From a virus, in IMG/VR virus record IMGVR_UViG_3300045988_061891: a stretch of 64,000 nt of DNA; one strand, 5' to 3'. The notes under the pieces are model-generated. The model was not told the DNA's origin. It ran no database searches and saw nothing but the letters and a program-made list of their open reading frames with translations. Below are positions 38,301-49,300 of this stretch, in pieces; positions within the stretch are counted from its first letter, which is position 1, and each line of letters opens with the position of its first letter. Position numbers and translations under genes: made by a program.

Positions 38301-40352
38301 GATATGCCAGTTTCCTTGGTCATCATAGCCAAGGAGGTCTAGAGTTCCTGCAACATTAACATTATGCACAACTCCAGCACCATCAACGGATTGTACAGTA
38401 CCCATAGCTTTAATATCTCTAGCTACTATGTGTATTCTTCCTCTACCAGGAACATTCCTGTCAAATCTCTTCTTAAGCTTTACTAGCTGGTCAACAAAAG
38501 CATTGAAATCTTCTCTAGTAGCATTAGGATATACTTGGTCAAGAGTCTTACCTTCTACCTTCCAATCATCACCCTCCTTTGTCATTCTTCCCATAAAGAA
38601 GTCTCTGACAAGCTCATCCATACCAGTACCTATATTGGTAGAAGGAAGCACATGTTTATTTGAAGAGGTTATGATGTCTATTACATCTTTATCCGACTGT
38701 ATAGTACTAGTCACTCTAAGGAATTTATTTCCACTATCACTTTCATAATGACTATTATCCTTTACAAGAGTGAGTTTTTCAGAGTCTTCACTAATCATTT
38801 TAGCTATCTCCTCTTGACTCTTACCAGTTGTGTCAATAGTAACTGGCTCACTAGTACTTTCATAGTCCCTCAGAGTATTTGAAGCATCATCCAGCATAAA
38901 CTCCTGATTCATTACATCAGGGTCTTCAAGATATTCTTTAGTAATTACCGTTCTTAGATTTGCTATTTCTGCCCGCACTTCACCAATAACAGTAGTAGTG
39001 TTTTCTAATACTCTGAATGAGTTCTTTGTCGGAGTACTTTCAATAGTATCAAGGTTTTTTTGTGCTATTTGTAAGTTCTTGGTGATAAGCTCAAGAGCTT
39101 TACTTATAGCCTTCATACTATCACCAGTCTCTTGTGCTTTTCTAGCAATCTCTTTTGTCTGGGAGCCTAATGAGTTAAGAGCTCTTCTTGTATCTTCTAT
39201 GTTCCCATCATCAATTGCAAGTTGAAGTGAAGCACTCTTATACTGTAGTGCACTTATTCTTCTCAATACATCTATCTGGGCATCTATTCTCTTAGAGAGA
39301 GCATTGAAAGATGCCACTCTTCTGGCTTTCTGTATGTCTTGCTTAGATAGAGTCTTTTTCTTGCTGAGATAATCTTCAGCAAATTTGCCATACTCATATT
39401 TGATACTGTCCAATGTATCTTTATAGTGTGCAGGATTTATACCTTTAAACAGCCCAACTATGAAGTCGGCCATTCTCTTGAAGAGAGATGGTCTAGGAGT
39501 ATCTTCCTTCTTATCTATCTTGTCTATAAGACAATCCCTAAGTATAACTCCAGCTGCTTCTTCTGCAATAAGGTCTCTGTCATTTTGACAGTACTCTGCC
39601 ACTCTGTCATAATCATCACCAAGTACTTTTCTAGCAGCTTCTTCATTTCTTAGGAAAGCAATACTTCTCTGTACTAGAGGTTTACTTCTATTTACACCCA
39701 CAAGAACATGGGCTAATTCCTCAGAGATAGCTCCTAAACCTTCAAGATTATTAGCCACTCTGATAACTACACCAAATTCATTTAATAGACCAGAAAGATG
39801 ATTAAACTCAGTAACACCAACACGTCCTGCTGATACTTCTATTTCAGAGAGGTCTTCAATAGTTATACCTGCTGGGCGGAGCATATCACTAGCTGCCTCC
39901 TTGAGTTTGTGCATTTTATACTGGTTTACAGCAATCTCTTCTGAACTCTCTGTTCTGGGCACAAACTTAATAGTCAAATCAAAATCTTGGTCATAGTCGA
40001 CATATGCTACAAAGTTGTCTCTTTCCTCACCGGTTTCATTGAAGCTATGGGCCTTTTCAATAAGCACAGAGGCATTGGCACTGTTATCAGCTAAGTGAGG
40101 CTGACCCTTACTTAAGCTGCTGATAATAGCTTCATTTCCTACAAAGTTCCTAATAATAGGGAGCTTCATTAAACTAGCAAAGGACGGAACCCCGTCACTA
40201 TCAAAAGTGACGGAGTTACCATACTTAGCTCTAAATGCGTTGCCTGTTACCTTCTCGAAGATGACAACTGCCTTTTCATGTCCAAAATTTTCCTTCAGAC
40301 TGTTGAAGGTTTCTCCTCCTACGAGAGGGGTTCTTCTACATACATTACTCAT
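35391..40352 (-). CDS. Giant virion-associated protein with a central PD-(D/E)XK nuclease-like core and C-terminal hydrophobic helices
   Basis: 1653 aa, lying 11 nt downstream of the RNAP-like gene in the same transcription unit. Motifs: D672, D686-M-K688, Q705-x3-Y709. Confidence 0.5.
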   Translation of the reverse strand: MSNVCRRTPLVGGETFNSLKENFGHEKAVVIFEKVTGNAFRAKYGNSVTFDSDGVPSFASLMKLPIIRNFVGNEAIISSLSKGQPHLADNSANASVLIEKAHSFNETGEERDNFVAYVDYDQDFDLTIKFVPRTESSEEIAVNQYKMHKLKEAASDMLRPAGITIEDLSEIEVSAGRVGVTEFNHLSGLLNEFGVVIRVANNLEGLGAISEELAHVLVGVNRSKPLVQRSIAFLRNEEAARKVLGDDYDRVAEYCQNDRDLIAEEAAGVILRDCLIDKIDKKEDTPRPSLFKRMADFIVGLFKGINPAHYKDTLDSIKYEYGKFAEDYLSKKKTLSKQDIQKARRVASFNALSKRIDAQIDVLRRISALQYKSASLQLAIDDGNIEDTRRALNSLGSQTKEIARKAQETGDSMKAISKALELITKNLQIAQKNLDTIESTPTKNSFRVLENTTTVIGEVRAEIANLRTVITKEYLEDPDVMNQEFMLDDASNTLRDYESTSEPVTIDTTGKSQEEIAKMISEDSEKLTLVKDNSHYESDSGNKFLRVTSTIQSDKDVIDIITSSNKHVLPSTNIGTGMDELVRDFFMGRMTKEGDDWKVEGKTLDQVYPNATREDFNAFVDQLVKLKKRFDRNVPGRGRIHIVARDIKAMGTVQSVDGAGVVHNVNVAGTLDLLGYDDQGNWHIYDMKTHRGKIDEAKLEKWRKQLTLYKKFLEQRYGIKVKSINVIPISVSYPKPLGAGSGTAQYSVSTKKAPKEYLGTENNQLLKNGEEFRGAKPFLGSLIRNMPDLDIDPDYRKLADDPTNGLGSGLKVINEALGTLSIMLDNLENQYNTLAGPLFAKFLAQFIGDTIEIADPDNPGKFKKVTVEDLMKESDVDLSWAQRWLATMADTPDTLLQAFDKIIKDAKHQKNLKVIALQQKILALGIKYEAKGIRSYDFMFEDDKMRYVNTEYSRTAYDKAYKAKLAELDAKYGNQIGTPEYQKKKFEEQAWIEANTKPVYENGKRTRVPDKELYPSKYESLSEVQKDFYDEWIDIKAELDMYLGGRTFLTNSIKIRKSAIERLRGALKGDAISNIRESLNETFKKSFDDEVTYTHGLRDMSGKERMMLPILYLSADEEHAKDISTDVISTLIAYGDMVYQYDALSDVVDALEVGKHVLLDPVTQRKIGMRRRGLPVMERNNRGTEATVDRATIDAASSNFGKALNNLFKTKIYGRVQDESEDTVLGMDAHKVANKVLKLGAYVQLGLNAFANVANIVSGIGMTNIEAFAQEYFSPKELARADKTYIKNLPGLIGDFGSRVKYNKLSLVAELFNMKANFSKNVRHQDFVNRNLITRIFGPSLQFIGQEMGDHWLYTRVGLALLSHSGITLNGKPIDSILDIFDLVPVDDTNPHAGNKLVLKEGVKNDKGEDFSEKDIVELIDKIWEMNKGLFGVYNTEDTIEARNTIMGKFLMQYRDWMPSQYRKRFGKAATSLEGGRKTEGFYRTTFRFMNHLRKDLKNGQLNIALHWQELTEPQQRNVRRALSETVQFLIVLGISLMLKADKGEHRVWGKRLLAAISQRAVTELGALFPLATPIEGVKILNSPIAATSMLDGIQGLMEALWVPNWFEDVESGRYSGKSKGERGLLKSPLSGWYRQIDKVAHPEYIESYYDNK

Positions 40353-40363
40353 TATTCTTATCC

Positions 40364-43300
40364 TTACTTACAAAGACCGTGGTCTTTAGAATCTAATTTA
40401 TCAAACTCAGCGTTAAGGTCTGCTGTTGTAGTACTGGTCCAATTTGACTTACTCCAAAGATTTCCTGTACTCAAACCTACTGTATCTCCTTCCATTCTAG
40501 CAGCATTGCTTGCATACTGTACCATGCCTACTGACTGATAAGGGTCTTGAAGATTATCAGAGCTTGCAAACCCTGCTGTACTTGAGCTATAAGGGTCTTC
40601 AGCATTGTCATCAAAGCTGACATCAGGACTTGGGTCAGTAACACTGACTGAATGGTTTTTCTGTGATGAGACTGCAAATGGGTCATCATTGAAGTTATCA
40701 ACAACCAAATCCTCACTCACTCTTGACTTCCTCTTTGAACCTTTAGCAAGCTCAGATACTTTGAAGTTACTATCACCTCTGTCTTTTACAGACTTATAAT
40801 CTATATCAGCCACATCTCTGGTGGCATCATAGATGAGAGTTCCATCAGGCTTACCTTGTGCATATTGTCTACCCTCTATCCTAGTATATACAGGATTGGA
40901 CTGGTCTCCATTGCTGGCAAACAACTCATATTTACCCTTTATTTTAAGAGCAATTATGGGTAAGAAACCTTGTTCAACAGTACCATTCTCTCTCCTTATC
41001 AGGTATCTGGAGTTAAGAGGGAAGGTACCCTCTTTATCTATTTTAAGACGAAAGGCTTCATTGTCTCTGCCTGTTTCCCAAGTAATCTGCTTATGCTTGA
41101 GCTTCCTAGCACTTTCAGGATGATTCATAATAAATTGCATTATAAATCTACTATCCATTATAGGTTCTGATTGTGCTACTCTGCTGTCTACCTCGCGATA
41201 AGCATCTATAAGTCCAGGTATAGAAGAAAGAAATACACTACTAAAGAAGTTAGAGAAACTGTTATGTCTGAAAGTCATACCATTATCAAAGAATGAATAT
41301 AGAGCCAGGTCTACAGCCAGTTTCTTGGCCAGCTCTCTTTCTTCTTTAGAGATATTATCTCCCATATTGATAAGTTGGTCGAAAGATTCTGTGTACCACT
41401 TACGAATCTCAGGTCTTATCTTACCCATATTATCCATCTTGATACCTCTATTGTTCCTATTGGATAGTCTCCTGATAGCTTCAAGATTTCTAATATGTGG
41501 GTAACGATAGTTTCCTTCACTGTCCTTAAGTTGCAACATTACTTTGAGCTTGATTGGGAAATCATGAATATAATAGTTTCTCTTTTCTATCAAACTATGT
41601 TCGTCATCTTTACCAAACAAAGAGTGTCTAGTAAGAAGGAACATATTATACTCACTCAAGAGCTGCTTAATAATAGGAATACTGTTATTACGTCTAAGGT
41701 CTAAATCAGTAAACGCCATAAAAGTATTCATTCTGTTGAAAGAAGCTCTACTGAATTGGGACAGTCTGTTCTCAAGAAGACCTCTTGCACCTACAAAGCC
41801 AAGTGAATACACAGCTTGTATTCTGGGTATAGGGGCTTTCTTGAGTTCTGCCTCAAACTTCTCCTTGTCAAAGGCTCCATTAGTCAAAAATCTTCTATCA
41901 TTGGGGTCAAGAGTAAAGTCTACCAAGTTTTGTACTCCTTCTATAGGATAGTCTCTAGAATAGGCTCTGTCCTGTATTGCAGTTCTGATTTTTTCAAAGG
42001 TAAGTATCTGCCTTATTGCAGTTGCCATATCAGAGCTAAGGGCACCATTTGAACTATCACACTTTAACACTGGAGAAAGTAAAGCAAGTTGACTTGCACT
42101 CTTCTCTGCTTTTGTTCTCCAAATGTAAAACATCTTCATAAATGACTTATCTTCTTCAGTAAGTTCTTGACCAAGTTTAAGTTTGGCTCTTACTGCTGTC
42201 AGTTCATTCATATTAAGGTCAAAAGTCCTGTGCTTGTCAGCTAATCTAACCTTATTTTCCTTTGCAATCTGCTTACCATAGTTGAAGAGGTCTGTAGCAT
42301 TAAGAATCATACCTATATCTTCAATGCCTATTCCAAGTCTTACAAGGAAACCAGCGAGGTCAGCAGTAGCAGGACTTAAGTTCATATCACCGAGACATGG
42401 GTTCTTTCCATTATCAGGAGCAGCAGCCTGCAATTGAGCACATAATTCACCAATTCTCTTACCATTGACAGGAGAATAAACTTGGTCAATTTTATCCAGT
42501 ACCATTCCATTGAAGACTACTTGATTACCTTCTTTTAGCCTTAAGTTCAAGAACTGGAGTTTATAATGTGCTGAAGAATTAAGTGCCAATATACCAATAA
42601 GGTCATTACCATCCATAAGATTCTTACGAGTACTTACATAACCTGTAATGTCCATAGGATTAACAACCTCAGAGAACTTATTGTAGAAGTCCTCAAGCTC
42701 CTTCCATAGAGTGTTCTCAGGATTCTGAGGTTCTGATAACGCCCTATACAGCAGATTGACATCTCCTTTACATCTAAGTCTAAGAAAAGCTGCCAAAGCA
42801 GCAGGACTCTTCATGATTCTCTGTTGTCTTGAGGAGTTCTGAGGACTTGTAAAGTGACCCATTCTCATCATAAGCCTGGAGCCTTCAGGAGAAGTAAGGG
42901 TCTTGAACATGAAATCTATAATCATGTTATCCCTCTCCTCCTTATTACTGTTCTGAAGGGTTGCCTCTAAGTCAAGATTGTTATGACTGTCTGTTACAGG
43001 TTTGGGAGTGAGAATTTTATAACTTGGTTTATCAAATTTAAGAGTATATCCAAGTTCATCCATGAATGCGTTAAAAGTCTCACTATTTGCTCTAAGACTT
43101 TCAACCTCTTGGTCAGTCATACCATGGCTACCTCTAGTAAGCCTCCTTATAGTTCTCTCATCAGTAAAGGACTCTGTTTCAGCCTCCTCAATAGCGTTTA
43201 AGATTTCAGGTCTTGTTTTACCTTTGTCTCTTTCCTCCTCCTCTAAGAAACCATCCCAAGCTTCGAAGAACTCTTTCATTTCAGAATTACCGTCAAGTTG

Positions 43301-46300
43301 GTTCTGGGAAAGCCACTTGTTGTATTCATAAGCCAATTGACGTCTGTCATAAGTCTCTCTTCTAAGAGTCTTGAGCATGATAAATAGCTTATCAATATCA
43401 AAGTCAGTACCTGACATGGTAATAATATCGGAAGGAAGCATTATTACACTACCTCCGATAGAAGGCATAAATCCTGCAATCCTCAGAGGGAACATTGAGT
43501 ACTTATCCTCTGTGGGAATTCTATAGCCAATTGCTTCGAGAATACTATCAGCATCCTTGCCAAGAACTCTCCTCATCTCTTCGTAATCAAGACTGAAAGT
43601 ACCATCATCAGCTTCAGTTAGGAAGTCTTCAAGTTGGTCCTTCATTGTATAGGATAGATAGCAGGGAATATACTCGACAGCTTTATGCTCCTTACCATCA
43701 GCACCTTTAACTACCTTGTACTTGACATGAAGTTTGTCGTGCAATCCTATGTTGGACACAAGAACTGCATTGCCTCCATTGATTCTCTGGTTCTGAATAT
43801 GATTCTTGAAATTACTAAGGAACAAGTCTTCAATCTTACCAGTCATGAGAGGGGTATTGAAAGGAATCCAGAACTCCTCTCCTGTTGCATCAATAGTAGC
43901 AGCTCTTCTGAAGTCTGAACTGAATTTGGCAGGCTGCTGTCTCATAGCTGACTGAAGCATCCCTTCTACAGACTTCATATCTGAGAAAGACTTAGCCAGT
44001 TTCTCAAAAGATTCTATGTATTGTCTATCATGTAATTCATTGTAATATGCTATAGCCTGTTCTCTGTTAAGAACAGTGCTTTTTCCATTTATATTTACTG
44101 TCATAGTAAAGGTCTCAGGAAGGTCAGCAGGTATGATATTTCTACCCTGGGAACCTTCAAGGGCCTGAGTATCTGTAAGGTGGTCATCAGTAGGCTGCAT
44201 TACCATATAATCTCTGAGAGGAACCTCATGTACCATCTCAGGTCTTATATAAGCCATACCATCTACTTCAACCATAAGTTGCTTCTCGAGGTACTCCATA
44301 ACAGCTTCTTTTGTACTGAACTCCAGATTGTCAATGGCCTTATTATACTCCTCAGATGTAATCTCTTCATTAACAAGAGCAGCACCAAGGTTCTTGATAA
44401 ATTCGGAGTAAGAGGGGGCATCTATCTTTTTGTTTCCAACTCTGATGAATCCCTTTTCCGCCTGAGCTGCAAACTTTTCAGGGTCATGAGATATATCAAT
44501 AGAGTTATTGAAGCCTTCCTTAACTACAGAGTGGAAATGTACTACATCAAGTCCCACATCATCTCTTTTCATAAATTCTTGGAGAGCTTGCAATGCAGTA
44601 CTTTGATTGACAGGACTATTAAGAAATGAGAAAGCAGCAGACAGCAAGTACTCAGAGTTCTTGTGCTGAGTTACTATCTTCTCAAGTCTTCCATTATGCC
44701 TACTTTCCTCATATGTGAATACAAAAGGTTTGATAGCACTTAGAAAAGTTTTGAAGTCCTCTCTGTTGAAAGTTCCATTCTGTAATCTCTGATAGGTATC
44801 ATTCATATCCTGGGTCCATTTTCCTCCCATTGCTTCAAACACTGTTTTGAATGAATCCAGAACTCTAAAAGACTGACCATCAGTAAGACATATACTGGCA
44901 AAGGACTTCTTAAGAAGACCCTTTTCCACTATACCCAGACCTTCAATCTCATCAAGCATCTTTGAAAGCTCAGAAAGAGTGTTGGATGCTCTGTACACAT
45001 CTTCTACGTATAGACCTCTTTCTACGAGTTCATTACCATCTTTATCCTGATAATAGAGTCTTTCACCTCCTGCGAAAGCCTGTTTGTTTCTCTTGATAAA
45101 GTCAGTAAAGTTCTTATAATATGCAAGGTCTCCACCGAGTATCTGTATCAGTTGATTCTGAGCAAAATAATCATTGTAAAAGAACTCTTCTAGATAAGAC
45201 TCAGCTTCAGAAAGCTTGGCAGCTTTCTCCTCTAACTTGGACTGATTGTTTTCAGATTCTTCAGAATCTTCAGAATCTTCTTCCTCATCAAAGCCATCTG
45301 TATCAAGAACATCATCCTCATTGCCAATCTGACTCTTGTCAGTATCTTTCGATTCACTATGAAGTCTATCATAAAGAGAGATTTTGAAAGATTCTGAAAC
45401 AGAAGTACTGAGCTTTTTAAATCCAGCCTCAAGTAAGGCTTTTATCCTATTAGTCAGTTCTTTATTAACACGAGCTTCCCATTGTCCTTTACTTTCAATA
45501 TCTTCATTGAACTCATACATATCCATAAGCTCATCGAAGACTTCCTTTTTGTTAAACTCTGGGAAGAAGTTAAACTGTGCTCCACGACTCTCAGTTCCTC
45601 CCTCATTGAAGAACTCTACATTTCTGCCATTAGTTCTTTTTCTTACAGCACTTATTCTTTTAAGCTCCTGCTTAACACTTTGGACGAGATACTTTATGAT
45701 TCTTTCTTTGTAATCTCCTGTAGCAAGATTACCTTCATCATCATATTCTTGCTCTGCGGTGTATCTTCTAAGTTTAAAGAAAGTCATTGCATCTGCATCA
45801 GAGAACAATGGGTTTCTATAATAAGCGAAGTTGATTCCAGCATCACTATTAGCAGTGAAATACATATTGATAATGCCTTCGAGTAAAGCCTCCTCAGACA
45901 CTCTCTGAATTTCATTTTTTGTATCTCTTCCTCCTATTGCTAAGAGTTGAACATAAGAGAAGTTCTTTCTTAATATCTCGGCAACAAAGCTGGAGCCTTT
46001 TGACCTTATATCAGTCATAGAGTTGAGCAACTGATTGTCCTTGAAGAAGTCAAACTTTGTGAAGTTCTGATAGATATATTCAAGAGCTTCAGTTTCACTT
46101 GATAATCTTATAGTTCCTGTCATTCTGTCAATGAAGTTGGGAGCAGTATAAGAGGGACGACTTTTGTCACCAAATCTGAACATATTCTGAGTAAATCCTT
46201 CGGAAACTACACCTACAATGCTTGCAATAAGCTGAACTCTAGCTTTATTGTCTTGTACTAGAGGATTTCCAGTATTATTGAAATTATTGATAGTTTCTTT

Positions 46301-49300
46301 TATTACGTTCAGAAGTGTTGAAAGTCTACCTATTTGATTTCTAGTAAGTGCTACCTCCACCTCTTCTGTCTCATTGTTCACTCTCATTACATCACCAGTA
46401 GTGGGACTTAGTGAAAATGAATAATCGTCAGTAGGTTCTAAAGACGGTACTAGACTGTTGATGTCTAGGTTATCAGTATCTATTCCTATTGCTTTAAGAA
46501 GTTCTTCAAGAGTTATCTTATTAGGAGTGGTTTCACCTGTAACATTACCATTTTTATCTCTAGTAGGAACTTTGTCTCCTCTTAGTACAGCTAAAGCATC
46601 AGCCAGTCTACTCAAGTCTGGGGTAGCAGCTTTAGCAAAGTCCCTGAGTGCAGTTTCAGCGAATAACAATGGACTGTGAACCTTAAGAAGCTCTCTATCC
46701 CTAAGCTTTCTAGTGTTACTGAAGCTACCTAAGATAGCTGCAATGTTGTTGCTAGGTCTGCCATATTCATCGTAGACAGAGTATTTTTCACTTAATATTA
46801 CGCCACCTTCGTAGTTCTTCTGCATATTGTCAAATAATACTTCAGAAGCACTGGTCACATTGCAGGAAGTGAATCTTCCATTACTACCACTTACGTAACC
46901 ATATTCTACATAGGCTTTGTTTGCTGCTCTATAGAACTCCTTTCTGAGGTCAAAATCAAACTCATCTTCTTTACCTTCAGTAACTTTAACTTTGCTTACT
47001 ATGGAACTCATCCATGGATATTTGGCAAGCATCATATCAAGCTTATTGTCAAAGTCTTCAATAGAAATTGAGTCGGAAAGCTCATCAAGTAACACATAAT
47101 ACACGTATGAGGAATTCATCCTTATGGGCATACCTAGGTCATTAAACATTACCTCAATTGCACCATTATAATCTCTTTTCATTTTGGTTATACTGCTAAG
47201 AACAGATTTCATCTTAGCAGATAGTGTGGTCCAAGGGTCTCTGAGACGATACTTCATAATGAAATCCATCTTACCTACGTTAAGATTTTCTTCATCAAGC
47301 TCACTATTTTCCAGTTCTTCTTTACTAGGAGCAAATTGTATGTCTGTAATTACGATGCCCTCATTGACATCAAGGTCAAATCTTGCCTCATCCAGCACTG
47401 CTGTCCAAACTTTTTCATCTGAAAGAGTCTCAAAAACACTCTTTAGGTGAGCTGCTCTAGCTGAGGCTCTCTTAGCTAGAGTATTGGAGCTCTTTATCCA
47501 ACCTTTCTGAGCTGCCTCCAGCATAAAATATTTACCGAGATAGCTGCTTTCATCCTGCAAGACTTCTGTCAGTTCGTCAACCTCTGAAGCAGCTACAGCT
47601 TTTACCATAGCCCACATAGTACCATCCATATAGTCTTCCTCATTTTGAGATTTTATATGGAAGAAATTGTCCATGATTGACCTGTAGCCTTGTAGATTAT
47701 CATCAAAGTCCAAGACATCTACTCTTAAATTCTCAAGAGCAAACAATCTTATCTTACTATAGTCTCCTCTGGTAAGACCATCCTTCATTTGTCTGTAAGT
47801 AAGAGAGGTGTCCTTATATTGAGTATCCAAATCTTCTTCAGGAATACTATTAAGATACTCTAACTCACTTTCTATCAGCCAAGTGAGGTCATCGGAGAAT
47901 TTAGTGGTGATAAAGTCCACTTTTGCCTTTCTCTCGTGAATATCAGGGAAAGCCTGAAGAAGGGTGTTTGTTAAGTCTGACTCAACAGCCATTGCTTCAG
48001 TTGGTCTTTGCTCTGTAAGGCTCTCTTTTGCAGCTTCTATTCTTTTCTCTTTTGCCGTTTTGACATTTTTTTCTTCAGTGGTTTCAGCCCTTTTACTGGA
48101 AGGTCTGCTTGAAGACTTTTTAGGAGCTACTACAGGATTGAGTTCTACTTTGAACTTGTCTCCTTGAGTGCTTATTACTTGAGATAATATCCCAAGTTCC
48201 TTCTGAAGCTGGTCTTGTAAGTAATCAGCCATCTGCCTTGACAGTTCTCCTGTTATACTTGAGGGGAATACTACTCTCTTGAATTTACCCCCAAAGAGAG
48301 CTTCCTTGATAGCTTGAATGTCTGCATCAATTACCTGTTTCCAAGTTTCAAAGTCATCTTCAGTCATTTTAGCTTGACTTACACCATTTCTATTTTTCCT
48401 TGTTACCAGACCCATGGCATTCTTATTAGGATTGCCATTAACGTCGGTTCTTACTATTCCAGAAGAGGTACTTCTGTTGAGGGCATTGTTTCTCTTATCT
48501 TCTTCAATATCCTCGACACCCTTCATAGGGGATTTCTCACCTGTGAGAGCCTGTCTTTGTTGAGCAGATTCTGCATATATATATAATGTGTCAGGGGTCT
48601 TGGCTACAGTCATTTTGTCTATAGACTTCTGATAAGATTCTGAATCAATTATAGCAAGGTTGGCTTCGCCTACTTTACTATTATCTCTAGGAGCTCCTTC
48701 CACTGTCATATCTACCAACTTCATATACTTTTCAAGTAGATAATTGTATAGCTTGGGAGTACGGGTGGAGTTCAGACCTGAGATAGAGGAATTAAATAAA
48801 CCATTCTTAGGAAGAACTATAGTTTTGAATTTACCTGATTTCCAAGCCTCTTCAATGGAATCAAATTCATCATCAATTACTTGTTTGAATTCATCAAAGT
48901 CTGCATCAGTCCATCTGCCTGTATTTCCTTTGGCACCTTCATGGTACCATCTCTGAGTACTGATAGGTCTTGCATTATCCAAGCCTCTCAGAATAGCAGT
49001 AGTTGTTTTGGGATAGTGGTGTCCTTTACCATACTTCTTAGCGTACCAACTGTCATCAGCAATCCCCTCACTACCACTGTCTCTGTCAGTGTTATCAGTG
49101 AAAATATACAAAGTATTTTCATCCAAGGCAACTTCATCTCTGGTGTACCACTTAGTAGCAACCCAAAGTTTATCTATAAGTTGCTCCTTGGACCGTTGTC
49201 TATCCCTGACACTCTGCATTACTGTGTTTAGAGTTGTCCTATCACTTAGGAGCTGCTCAAGAGTAACCGCAGGGTGTCTTGTAAGGTAGCCATTAACTCC

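Noticed and set aside
39708-39722. EELAH in the 1653-aa protein as a possible zincin motif
   Set aside because: The sequence is E-E-L-A-H, not HExxH or HxxEH, and there is no second His at the required spacing.
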